Shown here one piece after another: positions 9,384 to 19,148 of a stretch of 59,962 bases of DNA. The notes under the pieces were generated by a model. It saw nothing but the letters and a program-made list of their open reading frames with translations. It did no database searches and had not been told where the DNA came from. Made by a program: the position numbers and the translations under genes. Numbering within the stretch: the stretch's first letter is position 1; each line of letters starts with the position of its first letter. Source of the stretch: Candidatus Zixiibacteriota bacterium (lineage in GTDB: Bacteria; Zixibacteria; MSB-5A5; GN15; FEB-12); the NCBI GenBank assembly GCA_020348905.1, contig CP070756.1, positions 2,982,074 through 3,042,035 of the forward strand, read 5' to 3'.

Positions 9384-10769
9384 TTACGATTTTGCTCGCA
9401 TCAGATAGATTTTTCTGCTGCTCCCGGAGACAGCGGTCTCTTTCTCAATGGAGAAGTGGTGTGCAAAAGCACTTTCAAAGCCGGCCTCGCTGTATTCATC
9501 AAAGATATCTTCACGGGAGGCCAACAGGCGCTTCACCTGGGAGTCCTCTTTTGGTACAAACTCGATTATCAGTGAGCGGCAGCAGCCGCGGATGAATCGC
9601 GCAATACTTTCCAGGGGCACGTTGTTGCCGATGGCCAGGTGGTGGATCAGGGCCAGAGCGAGCACTAAGTCGACCGGACCGCGCTCCAGAAGTGACATCC
9701 GTTCAGAGTGTTCCCATCCGATCGCCGGGCTGGGGTTGGTCAGATCAAGTACCAGCGGCAGGATTCGTTTCTCATCGGCCCGCAGACACTCCAGGTAGTT
9801 TTTCTCCACCGCCGCCGGATCGAGATCAAAGGCTATACTCTCGATACCGAGCTCGGCCGCGATTCGGCTAAACCGGCCGATGTTGGCGCCCAGGTCCCAG
9901 ATCACTGACGGTTGAGTCAATTTCAGATACTCGGCGACGAGTTGCTCTTTATGGTCAAGCGACTCAGCCTCATAGTTGGTGTGATCGTAGTAGTCCGCCC
10001 AGGCAGTGTCTTTGGCCTGCCAGCGAAGTCTCTTCACACCCGATTCGAGGCTATCTACAAGTCCAAGCATGGCGCGGCGGCTCATGCCGCGCCGCTGTGA
10101 TGCCCTCGGCTTAGAGGCGTGCCGCTGCTGACTCCTTGCGTGCAGATGAATATTGGTCAACAGCGAAAACGACAAGCGAGTCCGGCGCGGCAGCAGCGCG
10201 CTGGTCAGATCCAGAGGGATACCATCAATGTGGGTACGCATCATCTGGCCCAACCTGACATCGCGATAACACATAAGCGCGAGAGGGCCCAGGAAGTGCT
10301 GACAGAACTGTTTATAAGCTATCCACGGTTGCCCTTCCCGGTATCTCTCGAACGAAAGCGTATCAATCAGCGTCGGCTTTCCGTCAACGAACTGGATATT
10401 GTAGGCACTGGCGTCTTTGAGAATCATACCGTATTCGATGGCTCGTTTTTGAATGGCCAGGGTAGCGAGGGCGGCGTCCTTGAGCTGGCTGAAACACCAT
10501 TCATACGGATATGAGACGAACCCGACCAGCCGGGGTTTTATGACACGATACGCTGACTCCGTAGCGCCTTCTGGACGATTGGCTTCAACGTGAGGAATCA
10601 GCAATCCCGCTTTAACCAGATCATCGTAAAGGCCCGAACCGAGCAACAGGTCATAGTTATCCCGGTAACTCTGATTTACCTGACGATAAAGAACGCCGCT
10701 GGAGTGAAAAACAAAACCGCTTGGATCGCGAAAAGAGCTTCCTAAAGCGTGGCTAGTCGGCTTTAACAT
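9384..10769 (-). CDS. SAM-dependent methyltransferase (NoeA/FkbM-like C-terminal domain)
   Basis: The 461-aa product carries SAM motif I-like VIWDLGANIGRFSRIAAELG followed by FDLD in its C-terminal half. The stop lies 2 nt from the start of the preceding gene. Confidence 0.7.
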   Translation of the reverse strand: MLKPTSHALGSSFRDPSGFVFHSSGVLYRQVNQSYRDNYDLLLGSGLYDDLVKAGLLIPHVEANRPEGATESAYRVIKPRLVGFVSYPYEWCFSQLKDAALATLAIQKRAIEYGMILKDASAYNIQFVDGKPTLIDTLSFERYREGQPWIAYKQFCQHFLGPLALMCYRDVRLGQMMRTHIDGIPLDLTSALLPRRTRLSFSLLTNIHLHARSQQRHASKPRASQRRGMSRRAMLGLVDSLESGVKRLRWQAKDTAWADYYDHTNYEAESLDHKEQLVAEYLKLTQPSVIWDLGANIGRFSRIAAELGIESIAFDLDPAAVEKNYLECLRADEKRILPLVLDLTNPSPAIGWEHSERMSLLERGPVDLVLALALIHHLAIGNNVPLESIARFIRGCCRSLIIEFVPKEDSQVKRLLASREDIFDEYSEAGFESAFAHHFSIEKETAVSGSSRKIYLMRAKS

Positions 10770-10992
10770 CGTCCCTTCTGCCAGTCAGGAATCTTGTGAG
10801 GAATCCCTTTAGATTTCTCCAGAAGATCTTGAGCGTAAAAAGAGCTCCCAACAGACCCGCCAGGAGAATCTGCAGCATGTAACTTCCGGTGGAGGGGTCT
10901 ATGTAAGCATGGGCATCGGGTGAAAGAGCCAGGACGACAATTCCGCTGGTAATCAAAAGACTAATTATCTTGCTTACTCTGAACATGCTCAC
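10753..10992 (-). CDS. Small membrane/exported protein
   Basis: The 79-aa product has a signal-like N-terminus (…LALSPDAHA), a YIDPSTGSY motif, one TM helix and a basic tail. It overlaps the methyltransferase start by 17 nt. Confidence 0.45.
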   Translation of the reverse strand: MSMFRVSKIISLLITSGIVVLALSPDAHAYIDPSTGSYMLQILLAGLLGALFTLKIFWRNLKGFLTRFLTGRRDDVKAD

Positions 10993-11130
10993 CCTTTCTC
11001 CGGCTCACACTGTCCGGCAGTTTTGCAGATCGAATCGGCCGTAAGTAATATCCTCTCGGCCGAATATTACTCTCTTCGCTTTTACCTGTCAAGAAGTAAT
11101 AACCCGACCCCGATGTGCTTGAAAGCTAAC

Positions 11131-11160
11131 AAAAAAACCGCCCTCGATTGAGGACGGTTT
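11131..11160 (-). terminator. Rho-independent terminator downstream of the sigma factor gene
   Basis: The minus strand reads aaaccgtcctc-aatc-gagggcggttt followed by TTTT. This is an 11-bp stem with one G-U pair, 23 nt after the stop codon. Confidence 0.75.
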
Positions 11161-11182
11161 ACTTTTCACAGCAAAAGATAGC

Positions 11183-12037
11183 TCAATTGAGATAAGCTCT
11201 CAGAGAACGGCTGCGCGAAGCATGACGGAGACGACGGATGGCCTTCTCCTTGATTTGCCTGACTCTTTCACGCGTCAGGGAAAACCGGGCGCCGATCTCT
11301 TCCAGCGTTAGCGGTTTCTCGTGGTTGAGCCCAAAATACAGGTTTATGACCTCGGCTTCCCTGGGCGTCAGCGAGTGAAGTGCTTTCTCAATCTCCAGTT
11401 TGAGCGATCCACTCAACAACGCTTCGTCCGGGGAAGGCTGGTACTCGTCTTCGAGCACGTCGATCAAAGAATTATCCTCTGAAGATGAAAACGGCGCGTC
11501 AAGAGACAAATGCGAGTTGGATATCTTCAGGGTGTCGGACACCTCACCTTCGGACAACTCCAGTTCCTTGGCGATTTCTTTGGGCGAGGGAATGCGACCC
11601 AACCCCTGTTCAAGCTGACTGGATACCTTGCCTATCTTGTGAAGGGTTCCGACCCGGTTTAACGGAAGGCGCACGATGCGACTCTGTTCCGCCAGAGCCT
11701 GAAGTATGGCCTGACGGATCCACCACACAGCGTAACTAATGAACTTGAACCCGCGGGTCTCGTCGAATCGCTTGGCTGCCTTGATCAATCCGATATTACC
11801 CTCGTTGATCAGATCCGCCAGCGAGAGACCCTGGTTCTGATACTGTTTTGCCACCGACACGACGAAGCGCAAATTGGCTTTGGTTAATTTTTCCAGGGCC
11901 CTTTTGTCACCCTGCTTGATACGTCTTGCCAGACGCACTTCCTCGTCGGCGCTGATGAGAGGTGTTTCCCCGATCTCGCGGAGATAAAGATCTAACGATC
12001 TGTCTTCATCGCGATATTTTAGGGATTGCTTAGCCAC
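11183..12037 (-). CDS. rpoD: RNA polymerase sigma-70 family factor, RpoD/SigA-like (short form)
   Basis: The 284-aa product has regions 1.2-4: [37 protein letters not shown] and [19 protein letters not shown]. The length matches the short primary sigma of FCB-type bacteria. Confidence 0.85.
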   Translation of the reverse strand: MAKQSLKYRDEDRSLDLYLREIGETPLISADEEVRLARRIKQGDKRALEKLTKANLRFVVSVAKQYQNQGLSLADLINEGNIGLIKAAKRFDETRGFKFISYAVWWIRQAILQALAEQSRIVRLPLNRVGTLHKIGKVSSQLEQGLGRIPSPKEIAKELELSEGEVSDTLKISNSHLSLDAPFSSSEDNSLIDVLEDEYQPSPDEALLSGSLKLEIEKALHSLTPREAEVINLYFGLNHEKPLTLEEIGARFSLTRERVRQIKEKAIRRLRHASRSRSLRAYLN

Positions 12038-12125
12038 TGTCTACGACTTACTCCTTCCACCATTCTATTGTTTATGACCGCCTCTTCAGCGGTCGGAGTT
12101 TATTACAAAACGCTACTAATTTACC

Positions 12126-13628
12126 TTAGGGTTTGATCACCTTACGGGCAAAGGTGCCATCCGGTTCAACCACTATCAGCGGAATTCTCCGCGAAGATCC
12201 GGCCAGCTCGCGATCAATGCGCCCGATATCTTCGACCGAAGTAACCGACTCATTATTCACCTGAAGGATAATGGTACCTCTGGAAATGGAAGAGCGGTCA
12301 GCCGCCCCTCCGGTCAATATCCTCCGTACATAGACACCTTCGATCGGCTCAATGCCGAGCGCCTCAGCAACGTCATCGGTAAAGGTCATCAATTCCATGC
12401 CCAGCCAGTTAAGCACATCTAATTCATTTGAGACTGGTAGTTCGCGACTATCGAGCGAGGCCAGGAAGGTCTCCCGGTCAACAACGACCGCTGTGAGAGT
12501 CTCCTTCTCACCGTCGCGGACAATGTCGATTGGAATCGGCTGCCCGCTTTTCGCTCTCGCCACCAGTACCGACAGTTGGCTGTTATTATCCACTGGCTGC
12601 CCATCTATACTTAGCACGATGTCACCACTTTTCAGACCTGCCCGCTGGGCCGGTGAGTTGGCAAAGACCGAGTCGATCTTTACCCCTCTGACCGCATCCA
12701 GCCCCTGACGACGGGCTTCCTGCTCGGTTAGCCGGCCCAGCCAGACACCAAGCCAGCCGCGGCTGACTCGGCCGGTGGCAATCAAGTCAGGGATCACCGA
12801 GCGAGCCATATTGATTGGAATCGCAAAACCGATACCCACCGAGCCTCCGGTCGGGCTGGAAATGGCCGCGTTCACACCGATACATTCACCCCGAATGTTC
12901 AAAAGGGGTCCACCCGAGTTGCCTGGATTGATCGAGGCATCCGTCTGTATATAGTCCTGATACGCCGGAGTCTCCCCCCGCCCAAAATTAAGATTACTTC
13001 TGCCCTTGGCGGATATCACTCCCACCGTTACCGACCGGTCCAGCCCCTGCTGAGGAAACGGGTTGCCAATCGCAATCGCCCAACTCCCAACCTTGATTGC
13101 GTCGGAGTCCCCGAACGCAATAGTGGTGATATCTTCCTCCGGCTCGATTTTAACCACCGCCAGATCGGTCAACGGGTCCGTCCCCACCAGTGTAGCATCG
13201 TAGCGGTAACCGGAAGCAGTGGTAACGGTAAGTTGTCCGGCTTCCTCCACAACGTGATTATTGGTGAGGATGTAACCATCTTCCCGGATGAAAAAACCCG
13301 ATCCGGAGGAAGTCGCGTAGGCCGACCCCTGATGCCACCAGGGCAGGTTGTTTGCCTGAGCCCGCGCCGAAATATGCACTACCGCATCCTGGGCATCTTC
13401 AACCACCCCCACGAACGGAGATTCAAACTCGCCATCCACCTCGACCAGCGGATAAGCGGCAATCGAAGGAGCGACGGTCGGGGTCTGCGCCACCGACCGG
13501 GCGGTCAGATCTAAGCGAGATGATATAATAATGCCGGTGATCAGACAGACAATGGCGATGAATGTCAACAGCAGATACCGGCGCTCCCTAGATACACTAC
13601 TTTCAGGGGAAAGAAAGCGCGAACTCAA
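12126..13628 (-). CDS. htrA: HtrA/DegP-family serine endoprotease with two PDZ domains
   Basis: The catalytic triad context is intact (ILTNNHV, DLAVVKI, GNSGGPLLN). It has a signal anchor and two PDZ-like segments. The start is TTG, preceded by GGAGGA. Confidence 0.9.
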   Translation of the reverse strand: MSSRFLSPESSVSRERRYLLLTFIAIVCLITGIIISSRLDLTARSVAQTPTVAPSIAAYPLVEVDGEFESPFVGVVEDAQDAVVHISARAQANNLPWWHQGSAYATSSGSGFFIREDGYILTNNHVVEEAGQLTVTTASGYRYDATLVGTDPLTDLAVVKIEPEEDITTIAFGDSDAIKVGSWAIAIGNPFPQQGLDRSVTVGVISAKGRSNLNFGRGETPAYQDYIQTDASINPGNSGGPLLNIRGECIGVNAAISSPTGGSVGIGFAIPINMARSVIPDLIATGRVSRGWLGVWLGRLTEQEARRQGLDAVRGVKIDSVFANSPAQRAGLKSGDIVLSIDGQPVDNNSQLSVLVARAKSGQPIPIDIVRDGEKETLTAVVVDRETFLASLDSRELPVSNELDVLNWLGMELMTFTDDVAEALGIEPIEGVYVRRILTGGAADRSSISRGTIILQVNNESVTSVEDIGRIDRELAGSSRRIPLIVVEPDGTFARKVIKP

Positions 13629-13965
13629 CTAAACCAATCCTCCAGACACTTAGCCTTGTATTATAGCGAAACGTCAAAATCAAGTCAAGAGATTTTTCCT
13701 ATGTCTCGCTGCCTATTAGGTTAAACGCAACAGAAATACGTTTGATTCAAAAAAAATCGCGGATATTTAACTTTATAATTTTCTTATCTTTACAGCCAGC
13801 CGACCCCCCTTAGAACCGGTCATTGCCAGAATTCACCATTTGCCGCTTACCAGACCTATTTCTCTACCATCTAATATCTTACAGTGGCAAGATAGTCCCG
13901 GGCCAGCCATCCGAACCGCTTAGTGGTTGACTTTCCGGTCGGCAGCGTCTAACTTCCACTGCAAT

Positions 13966-14640
13966 ATGCCTTTTGACAGAGAAATCGCGAGCCGGATCGT
14001 TGAGGTCGGTCGGCTCTTATACCAGAGGAAGCTCATTTCGGCCACCGAAGGCAACATCTCGGTGCGACTCGAAAGCAACCAAGTCATGCTCACTCCTTCC
14101 GGCTTTCCAAAGGGTCGGATGCGGGCCGAGGATCTGGTAATCGTTGATACCGCAGGAAGGCGGATTGAAGGTATTAACCCGGCTTCCTCGGAATTGGCTA
14201 TGCACCTGCACGTTTACCGCCTGCGACCGGAGATAAACGCCTGCGTCCACTCGCACGCACCATATGCCACTTCTTTTGCCGTGGCCGGGGTCGATTTGAC
14301 TTGCGATCTTCTGCCCGAGATTGTTCTATCAGTGGGTGCCATCGCCCTGACCGAATACGCTCCGCCCGGGACCGACGCGGTCGGGGCGTCGCTGGACCCG
14401 TTCCTGGGCGAAAGCAACGCCTTTCTCCTGCGTAATCACGGCCTGCTGACGGTGGGGCGAAACCTGGAGCAGGCCTTTTACCGTCATGAAACCGTCGAAC
14501 ACTATGCCAGAATTGTACATCTGGCTCGCCAACTCGGTAATGTCAATGCCATTCCAGCAGACGATTTCAAACGCCTCGAACAGATGCGCGACAGTATGGA
14601 GCGGATAGATGATCATGAAAAGCGAGGCTCGAAGCAATGA
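13966..14640 (+). CDS. Class II aldolase/adducin-family protein (fuculose-phosphate aldolase / MTRu-1-P dehydratase-like)
   Basis: Family motifs are TEGNISVR, the SELAMHLHVY...CVHSHAPYAT metal-His cluster and LLRNHGLLTVG. The ATG at 13966 is preferred over the TTG at 13927. Confidence 0.8.
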   Translation: MPFDREIASRIVEVGRLLYQRKLISATEGNISVRLESNQVMLTPSGFPKGRMRAEDLVIVDTAGRRIEGINPASSELAMHLHVYRLRPEINACVHSHAPYATSFAVAGVDLTCDLLPEIVLSVGAIALTEYAPPGTDAVGASLDPFLGESNAFLLRNHGLLTVGRNLEQAFYRHETVEHYARIVHLARQLGNVNAIPADDFKRLEQMRDSMERIDDHEKRGSKQ

Positions 14641-15818
14641 TCATCAAACGGGCCGTCATCGACAAGGCTAACCGCCTCTACCAGCTTCCGCCGGACATCT
14701 TTTCGTTTACCAGAGAGAGAACCAAACCGTCCGGCCTGAAAAAGATGGAACTGCTCGACCTGGCTCGCTTCAATTGGCCGATACCAATGGAAGAAGACGA
14801 GCTGCCCTCAGGCCAACAATTCAAGGCCGCTGACAAGCAGAAGATATCGAAGCTGAAAGAAACCCTTGCGGACTGGCTTACTGCAAAACATGGAGTGAAG
14901 CTCAATCCTGCAAAAGAGATTTTCGTAGGCGGCGGTATTTCAAGCCTGGTCTTAACCACCGCCATAGCCTTCATTGACAGCGGCGACATCGTCTTCGTCC
15001 CGGAGCTGGGGCTGCCCCTTTACAAAAAAGCCACAACGGCGTGCGGAGGCGAACCGGTTCACTATTCTGTCTCGCCAAAAAACGATTGGCGACCTAATTT
15101 CGAGCGGATCACTACCCGGCTGGGACGGGTGGCCCGACTGCTATTTCTAAATTCTCCCCATAACCCTACCGGCACCTCACTCGGAACCAAGGACATGGAA
15201 GACCTGATCTGGATGGCATCGCGGGAGAATATCGTAATCGTAAACGACGCCGCCTATCAGTCAATCGACCCGCGCCTTTCGACCTCGCTACTGTCTGCTA
15301 CGGGAGGCAAAAAGGTGGGGGTGGAGATATGCTCGTTCGCCTACCTCTTCGGTCTGCCGCCACTCCCGTTCGGTTTCGTGGCCGGCAACAGGGATATAAT
15401 CAGCGGCCTGGAATCTGCCACCAACCTCATACCGACTCATATCCCGCAATACTATGCTGACCTGGCTCTAAACGCAATTCGCCAGTTTCCGAACGAACAG
15501 CTAAAGCGAGTCAGGGAGGTGATGAAACGCTCCTCCGCTGAAGCGACCAAACTCCTGGACCTGCTGTCGATGGAGAAATCCGGCTATGACAGCACTCCGT
15601 TTGTCTGGGCCAGGCTGAGCGGTAGAAGAAACGCTCGAACCCAGGCCAGTGTACTCTATCGACGAAGTCGAATTCTGGTGGCTCCGGGTTCGGCGTTCGG
15701 TGATACCGGTGAAGGTTATTTGAGGCTCTCCCTTACCGCCTCGCATGAATCTTACGAGTCGGCCCGGGGCCGTTTGAAGCGCAAAGTCAATCTGATCAAG
15801 ACGAGTGATACTTCATGA
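14637..15818 (+). CDS. Class I/II aminotransferase-fold protein lacking the canonical PLP-lysine
   Basis: NSPHNPTG and VNDAAY are present. The expected SFSK..G.R motif instead reads SFAYLFGLPPLPFG. It overlaps the aldolase stop by 4 nt. Confidence 0.75.
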   Translation: MIIKRAVIDKANRLYQLPPDIFSFTRERTKPSGLKKMELLDLARFNWPIPMEEDELPSGQQFKAADKQKISKLKETLADWLTAKHGVKLNPAKEIFVGGGISSLVLTTAIAFIDSGDIVFVPELGLPLYKKATTACGGEPVHYSVSPKNDWRPNFERITTRLGRVARLLFLNSPHNPTGTSLGTKDMEDLIWMASRENIVIVNDAAYQSIDPRLSTSLLSATGGKKVGVEICSFAYLFGLPPLPFGFVAGNRDIISGLESATNLIPTHIPQYYADLALNAIRQFPNEQLKRVREVMKRSSAEATKLLDLLSMEKSGYDSTPFVWARLSGRRNARTQASVLYRRSRILVAPGSAFGDTGEGYLRLSLTASHESYESARGRLKRKVNLIKTSDTS

Positions 15819-16204
15819 AGGATGTAATCAGGTTAAGCGGTTTGTCGTTTTACGGATATCACGGAGCCACCGCCGCCGAAAAGGAAACCGGACGCGTGTT
15901 TGAGGTGGACTGTGAGCTTGAAGTGGACCTGGCCGAGGCTGGAAGAACCGACCAATTGGCCGATACTATAGATTATAGGCAGGCTTACGACGTTATCAAG
16001 GAAACGGTCGAGGGACACGCCTTTTCACTGCTGGAAGGACTTGCCGACCATCTCGCAGCCAGCATTCTCGACCGGTTTCCGGTGTATCGGGTGACGCTAC
16101 GGGTTCGAAAAATGAATCCTCCGATACCGGGACAAATAAAGTCGATCGAAGTTGAATTGACGAGATTTCAGAAGGACACGTCAAAGCTGGTGGACAATCA
16201 ATAG
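15815..16204 (+). CDS. folB: Dihydroneopterin aldolase
   Basis: The 129-aa product has the FolB pattern FYGYHGATAAEKETGRVFEVD...IDYRQ. It overlaps the upstream gene by 4 nt and sits next to folK. Confidence 0.85.
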   Translation: MKDVIRLSGLSFYGYHGATAAEKETGRVFEVDCELEVDLAEAGRTDQLADTIDYRQAYDVIKETVEGHAFSLLEGLADHLAASILDRFPVYRVTLRVRKMNPPIPGQIKSIEVELTRFQKDTSKLVDNQ

Positions 16205-16222
16205 TAGAGGCGAGGGCAGATA

Positions 16223-16738
16223 ATGAGTGAAATCGTTTACATCCTGATGGGCTCGAATATGGGTGATCGGGAGAAGAATCTTCAGCGCGCCCTGACCAGG
16301 CTTGAGTTAATTTCAGGCTTGGAGGTTGTTGCTACCTCGGGCATATACGTTTCGGAAGCTATCGACATGGAGGGTGAGAATCCTTCATTTATGAATCAGG
16401 CCGTCATGGTCATGTACCAGTACACACCCAGTGCTTTGCTGTCGGAACTTGAGGCGGTCGAAAGGGACATGGGACGTACCGGCAAAGGACAAAAGCTACC
16501 GCGAGCGATTGACCTTGACATTCTCCTGTTTGGCGACCAGATTATCGAAACCGAAGCGCTTTCCATTCCCCACCGGGAGCTTCTGAATCGACCGTTTGCC
16601 ATGTTACCGCTTCTGCAAATTACGCCGGATCTGATTCATCCGGTTACGTCAACACCCATCGCTGACTTTGTCAGCGAACAGGACGAACAGGAAGTTATCC
16701 TGTATAAGGATCATGTCGGCCGAGACATTAGAACCTAA
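16223..16738 (+). CDS. folK: 2-amino-4-hydroxy-6-hydroxymethyldihydropteridine diphosphokinase (HPPK)
   Basis: HPPK motifs are ILMGSNMGDR, RAIDLDILLFG and IPHRELLNRPFAMLPL. Confidence 0.9.
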   Translation: MSEIVYILMGSNMGDREKNLQRALTRLELISGLEVVATSGIYVSEAIDMEGENPSFMNQAVMVMYQYTPSALLSELEAVERDMGRTGKGQKLPRAIDLDILLFGDQIIETEALSIPHRELLNRPFAMLPLLQITPDLIHPVTSTPIADFVSEQDEQEVILYKDHVGRDIRT

Positions 16739-17375
16739 ATACGTTGCCGTGGAAGGTGTAATCGGGGTCGGAAAAACCAGTTTTGCCCAGCTGCTGGCCT
16801 CGAGAATCGACGCAGAACTTATCAATGAGGAGGTTCTGGAGAACCCCTTCTTGGTCGACTTTTACAAAAACCGCAAGCGCTTCGCTTTTTCTTGCCAGTT
16901 GTACTTCCTGATTTCCCGCTTTCAGCAGCAGCAAGGCCTGATGGTCAGGGATCTTTTCGCCCAGCGTATAGTGGCTGATTATCTTTTCGCTAAAGATTCG
17001 ATCTTCGCTTCCGTTAATCTCTCCGACCGGGAACTGGCCCTGTATAACCGCATTGCTCCGGTCTTGCTCTCGGATATACCCCGGCCTGACCTGGTCATTT
17101 ATCTGCAGGCCTCCACACCCACCTTGCTGAACCGAATTCGCAACCGGAACTTCAGCTTTGAAAAGTCCATCGATTACGATTATATCGAGGTCCTGAATAA
17201 GGCCTACGATTATTACTTTTTCAACTACTCAGAAACGCCGCTGCTGGTAGTCAAGACCGACGAGATTGACTTCGTCAATAATCCCGAGCACTTCGACGAT
17301 CTGATTGAGCAGATCAACAAGCCTATCTCCGGCAAGAAATACTATTCGCCTGCCGGAAACCTGGCAGGGAGGTAG
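16713..17375 (+). CDS. Deoxynucleoside kinase
   Basis: It has the P-loop VEGVIGVGKTS, the ENPFL..FY motif, FSCQLYFL, and an overall dNK/dCK-dGK pattern. The start is chosen at the ATG (MSAETLEP). Confidence 0.85.
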   Translation: MSAETLEPKYVAVEGVIGVGKTSFAQLLASRIDAELINEEVLENPFLVDFYKNRKRFAFSCQLYFLISRFQQQQGLMVRDLFAQRIVADYLFAKDSIFASVNLSDRELALYNRIAPVLLSDIPRPDLVIYLQASTPTLLNRIRNRNFSFEKSIDYDYIEVLNKAYDYYFFNYSETPLLVVKTDEIDFVNNPEHFDDLIEQINKPISGKKYYSPAGNLAGR

Positions 17376-17380
17376 CCAGT

Positions 17381-18202
17381 ATGTCATCGACCAAGAGCAA
17401 AAAGAAAGTCACGGTTCAGACCATCATAAGAAAAAAGGCCAGGGGTGAGAAAATAGCGATGCTCACGGCCTACGATTACTTCACGGCGAAACTCCTCGAC
17501 GAGGCCGGTGTGGACGCGATCCTGGTTGGCGACTCGGCCAGCAATGTCATTCACGGCTATGATACAACCCTGCCAATAACAATGGATGTCATGATAGCCC
17601 ACACGGCGGCCGTATCCCGTGGGGCACATCGCACCTTGCTGATTGCCGATATGCCGTTTATGTCGTTTCAGCCATCGGTACAAACGGCCATCGAGAACGC
17701 TGGACGATTTCTGAAAGAGGGTAATGCCGAAGCTGTCAAAATTGAAGGCGGCCTGGAGATGGTGCCTACGGTCAAGCGTGTGATCGAATGCGGCATCCCG
17801 GTAATGGCTCATATAGGTCTGACACCACAGTCAATTCACAGGTTTGGCGGGCCCAGGGTCCAGGGCCGGCACGAAAAATCCCGTGCCTACCTGCTGGACT
17901 CGGCTATGGCCCTTCAGGAAGCGGGCTGCTTTTCCATTGTTCTCGAATTGATGGAGTCAGCCATCGCTGCCCAGATTACCTCATCTCTCGACACCATGGC
18001 GACCATCGGCATCGGCGCCGGACCGGATTGCGACGGCCAGATACTTGTCATAAATGATATTCTGGGGCTGAGGCCGGAAGGCTTTAAACCACAGTTCCTC
18101 CGCGAATATGCCAACCTCTCCCCCATTATCTCCGATGCGGCCAAACGGTACATAGATGATGTGAAAAAGGGGAAATATCCCAGCGAGGAAGAATCCTATT
18201 AG
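17381..18202 (+). CDS. panB: 3-methyl-2-oxobutanoate hydroxymethyltransferase (ketopantoate hydroxymethyltransferase)
   Basis: PanB motifs are MLTAYDY, ILVGDS, ADMPFMS, AVKIEGG, MAHIGLTPQS and IGIGAG..CDGQILV. Confidence 0.92.
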   Translation: MSSTKSKKKVTVQTIIRKKARGEKIAMLTAYDYFTAKLLDEAGVDAILVGDSASNVIHGYDTTLPITMDVMIAHTAAVSRGAHRTLLIADMPFMSFQPSVQTAIENAGRFLKEGNAEAVKIEGGLEMVPTVKRVIECGIPVMAHIGLTPQSIHRFGGPRVQGRHEKSRAYLLDSAMALQEAGCFSIVLELMESAIAAQITSSLDTMATIGIGAGPDCDGQILVINDILGLRPEGFKPQFLREYANLSPIISDAAKRYIDDVKKGKYPSEEESY

Positions 18203-18651
18203 GCACGATCGACCGCCGTCCCCGTGACATTTGTTGCGCAACACAAGGCGCCTGACTATTCTCTGTATATCCCGACTACAAAAGGGCGACTCGATAATCC
18301 GAAAAGGGAACCGAAATAGCACCGCCACTGTTTTGCAGTCGTTCCCGAACCGTACGCAGGACATCAAACTCAGTTATTGCTCAAATCCGAGGAGGCTGTC
18401 ATTGAAAGCCTTACAGATAGCTACTTGAGAGGGGCGCTCCCTACCGCACTATGAGTATTTCTATTATGACAATTCTGGTAACCGGTCGTGCCGCCGTTGC
18501 CCTCGTCGCCCGCCCTATGGGGCACCCGATTGCAAAAACCAGTGCCGAATACCTGTGCTTACTGCAGCCTTTCGCCCACCGGAACAGGGGACTTTACTAA
18601 TAGATTTTCTGTGTTGGAATCTACAATTCACACCCGAGGAGTTTGTAAAAG

Positions 18652-19119
18652 ATGGGTATGATGAAGGAATTCAGGGAATTTGCCGTCAAAGGCAATGTCG
18701 TTGACATGGCCGTCGGCATAATCATCGGTGCAGCGTTTGGGACAATCGTCAAATCGCTGGTGGCCGACGTGATAATGCCGCCGATAGGGCTGCTTCTGGG
18801 AAACGTTGATTTCTCCAATCTGTTCGTTGTCCTCAAGCAAGGGGCGGAACAGGCGGCGCCATACGCCTCGCTGGCCGATGCCCAGGCAGCCGGAGCAGTG
18901 ACACTCAATTATGGCGTATTTATCAACACCATCATTAGCTTTCTAATTGTGGCCTTTGCCGTCTTTGTCGTAATTCGCAATATAAACAAACTGAAGCGGG
19001 AACAGGAAGCTCCCCCGCCGGCGGAACCTACCACCAAGGATTGCCCCTTCTGTGCTTCCACGATCCCGATCAACGCAAAGAAATGCCCGAACTGTACTTC
19101 AGAGCTCGGGAGTGCTTAA
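18652..19119 (+). CDS. mscL: Large-conductance mechanosensitive channel with C-terminal zinc-ribbon extension
   Basis: The N-terminus [37 protein letters not shown] matches MscL almost residue for residue. The C-terminus carries CPFC-x10-CPNC. Confidence 0.9.
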   Translation: MGMMKEFREFAVKGNVVDMAVGIIIGAAFGTIVKSLVADVIMPPIGLLLGNVDFSNLFVVLKQGAEQAAPYASLADAQAAGAVTLNYGVFINTIISFLIVAFAVFVVIRNINKLKREQEAPPPAEPTTKDCPFCASTIPINAKKCPNCTSELGSA

Positions 19120-19148
19120 GATCGATTAACAAATAAGAGGAGGTATAC

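Noticed and set aside
18232-18243. A perfect 12-bp palindrome, TGTTGCGCAACA, 30 nt downstream of panB.
   Set aside because: It is too short to be a terminator (no loop, no U-run). A single 12-bp palindrome in 60 kb is not clearly beyond chance, and I recognised no matching operator family.
18203-18651. A 450-bp non-coding gap upstream of mscL, which I checked for an ncRNA or a small ORF (a 49-aa ORF starts at ~18452).
   Set aside because: It has no recognisable RNA family signature, no strong hairpin and no RBS for the small ORF. It is probably just promoter/UTR sequence.
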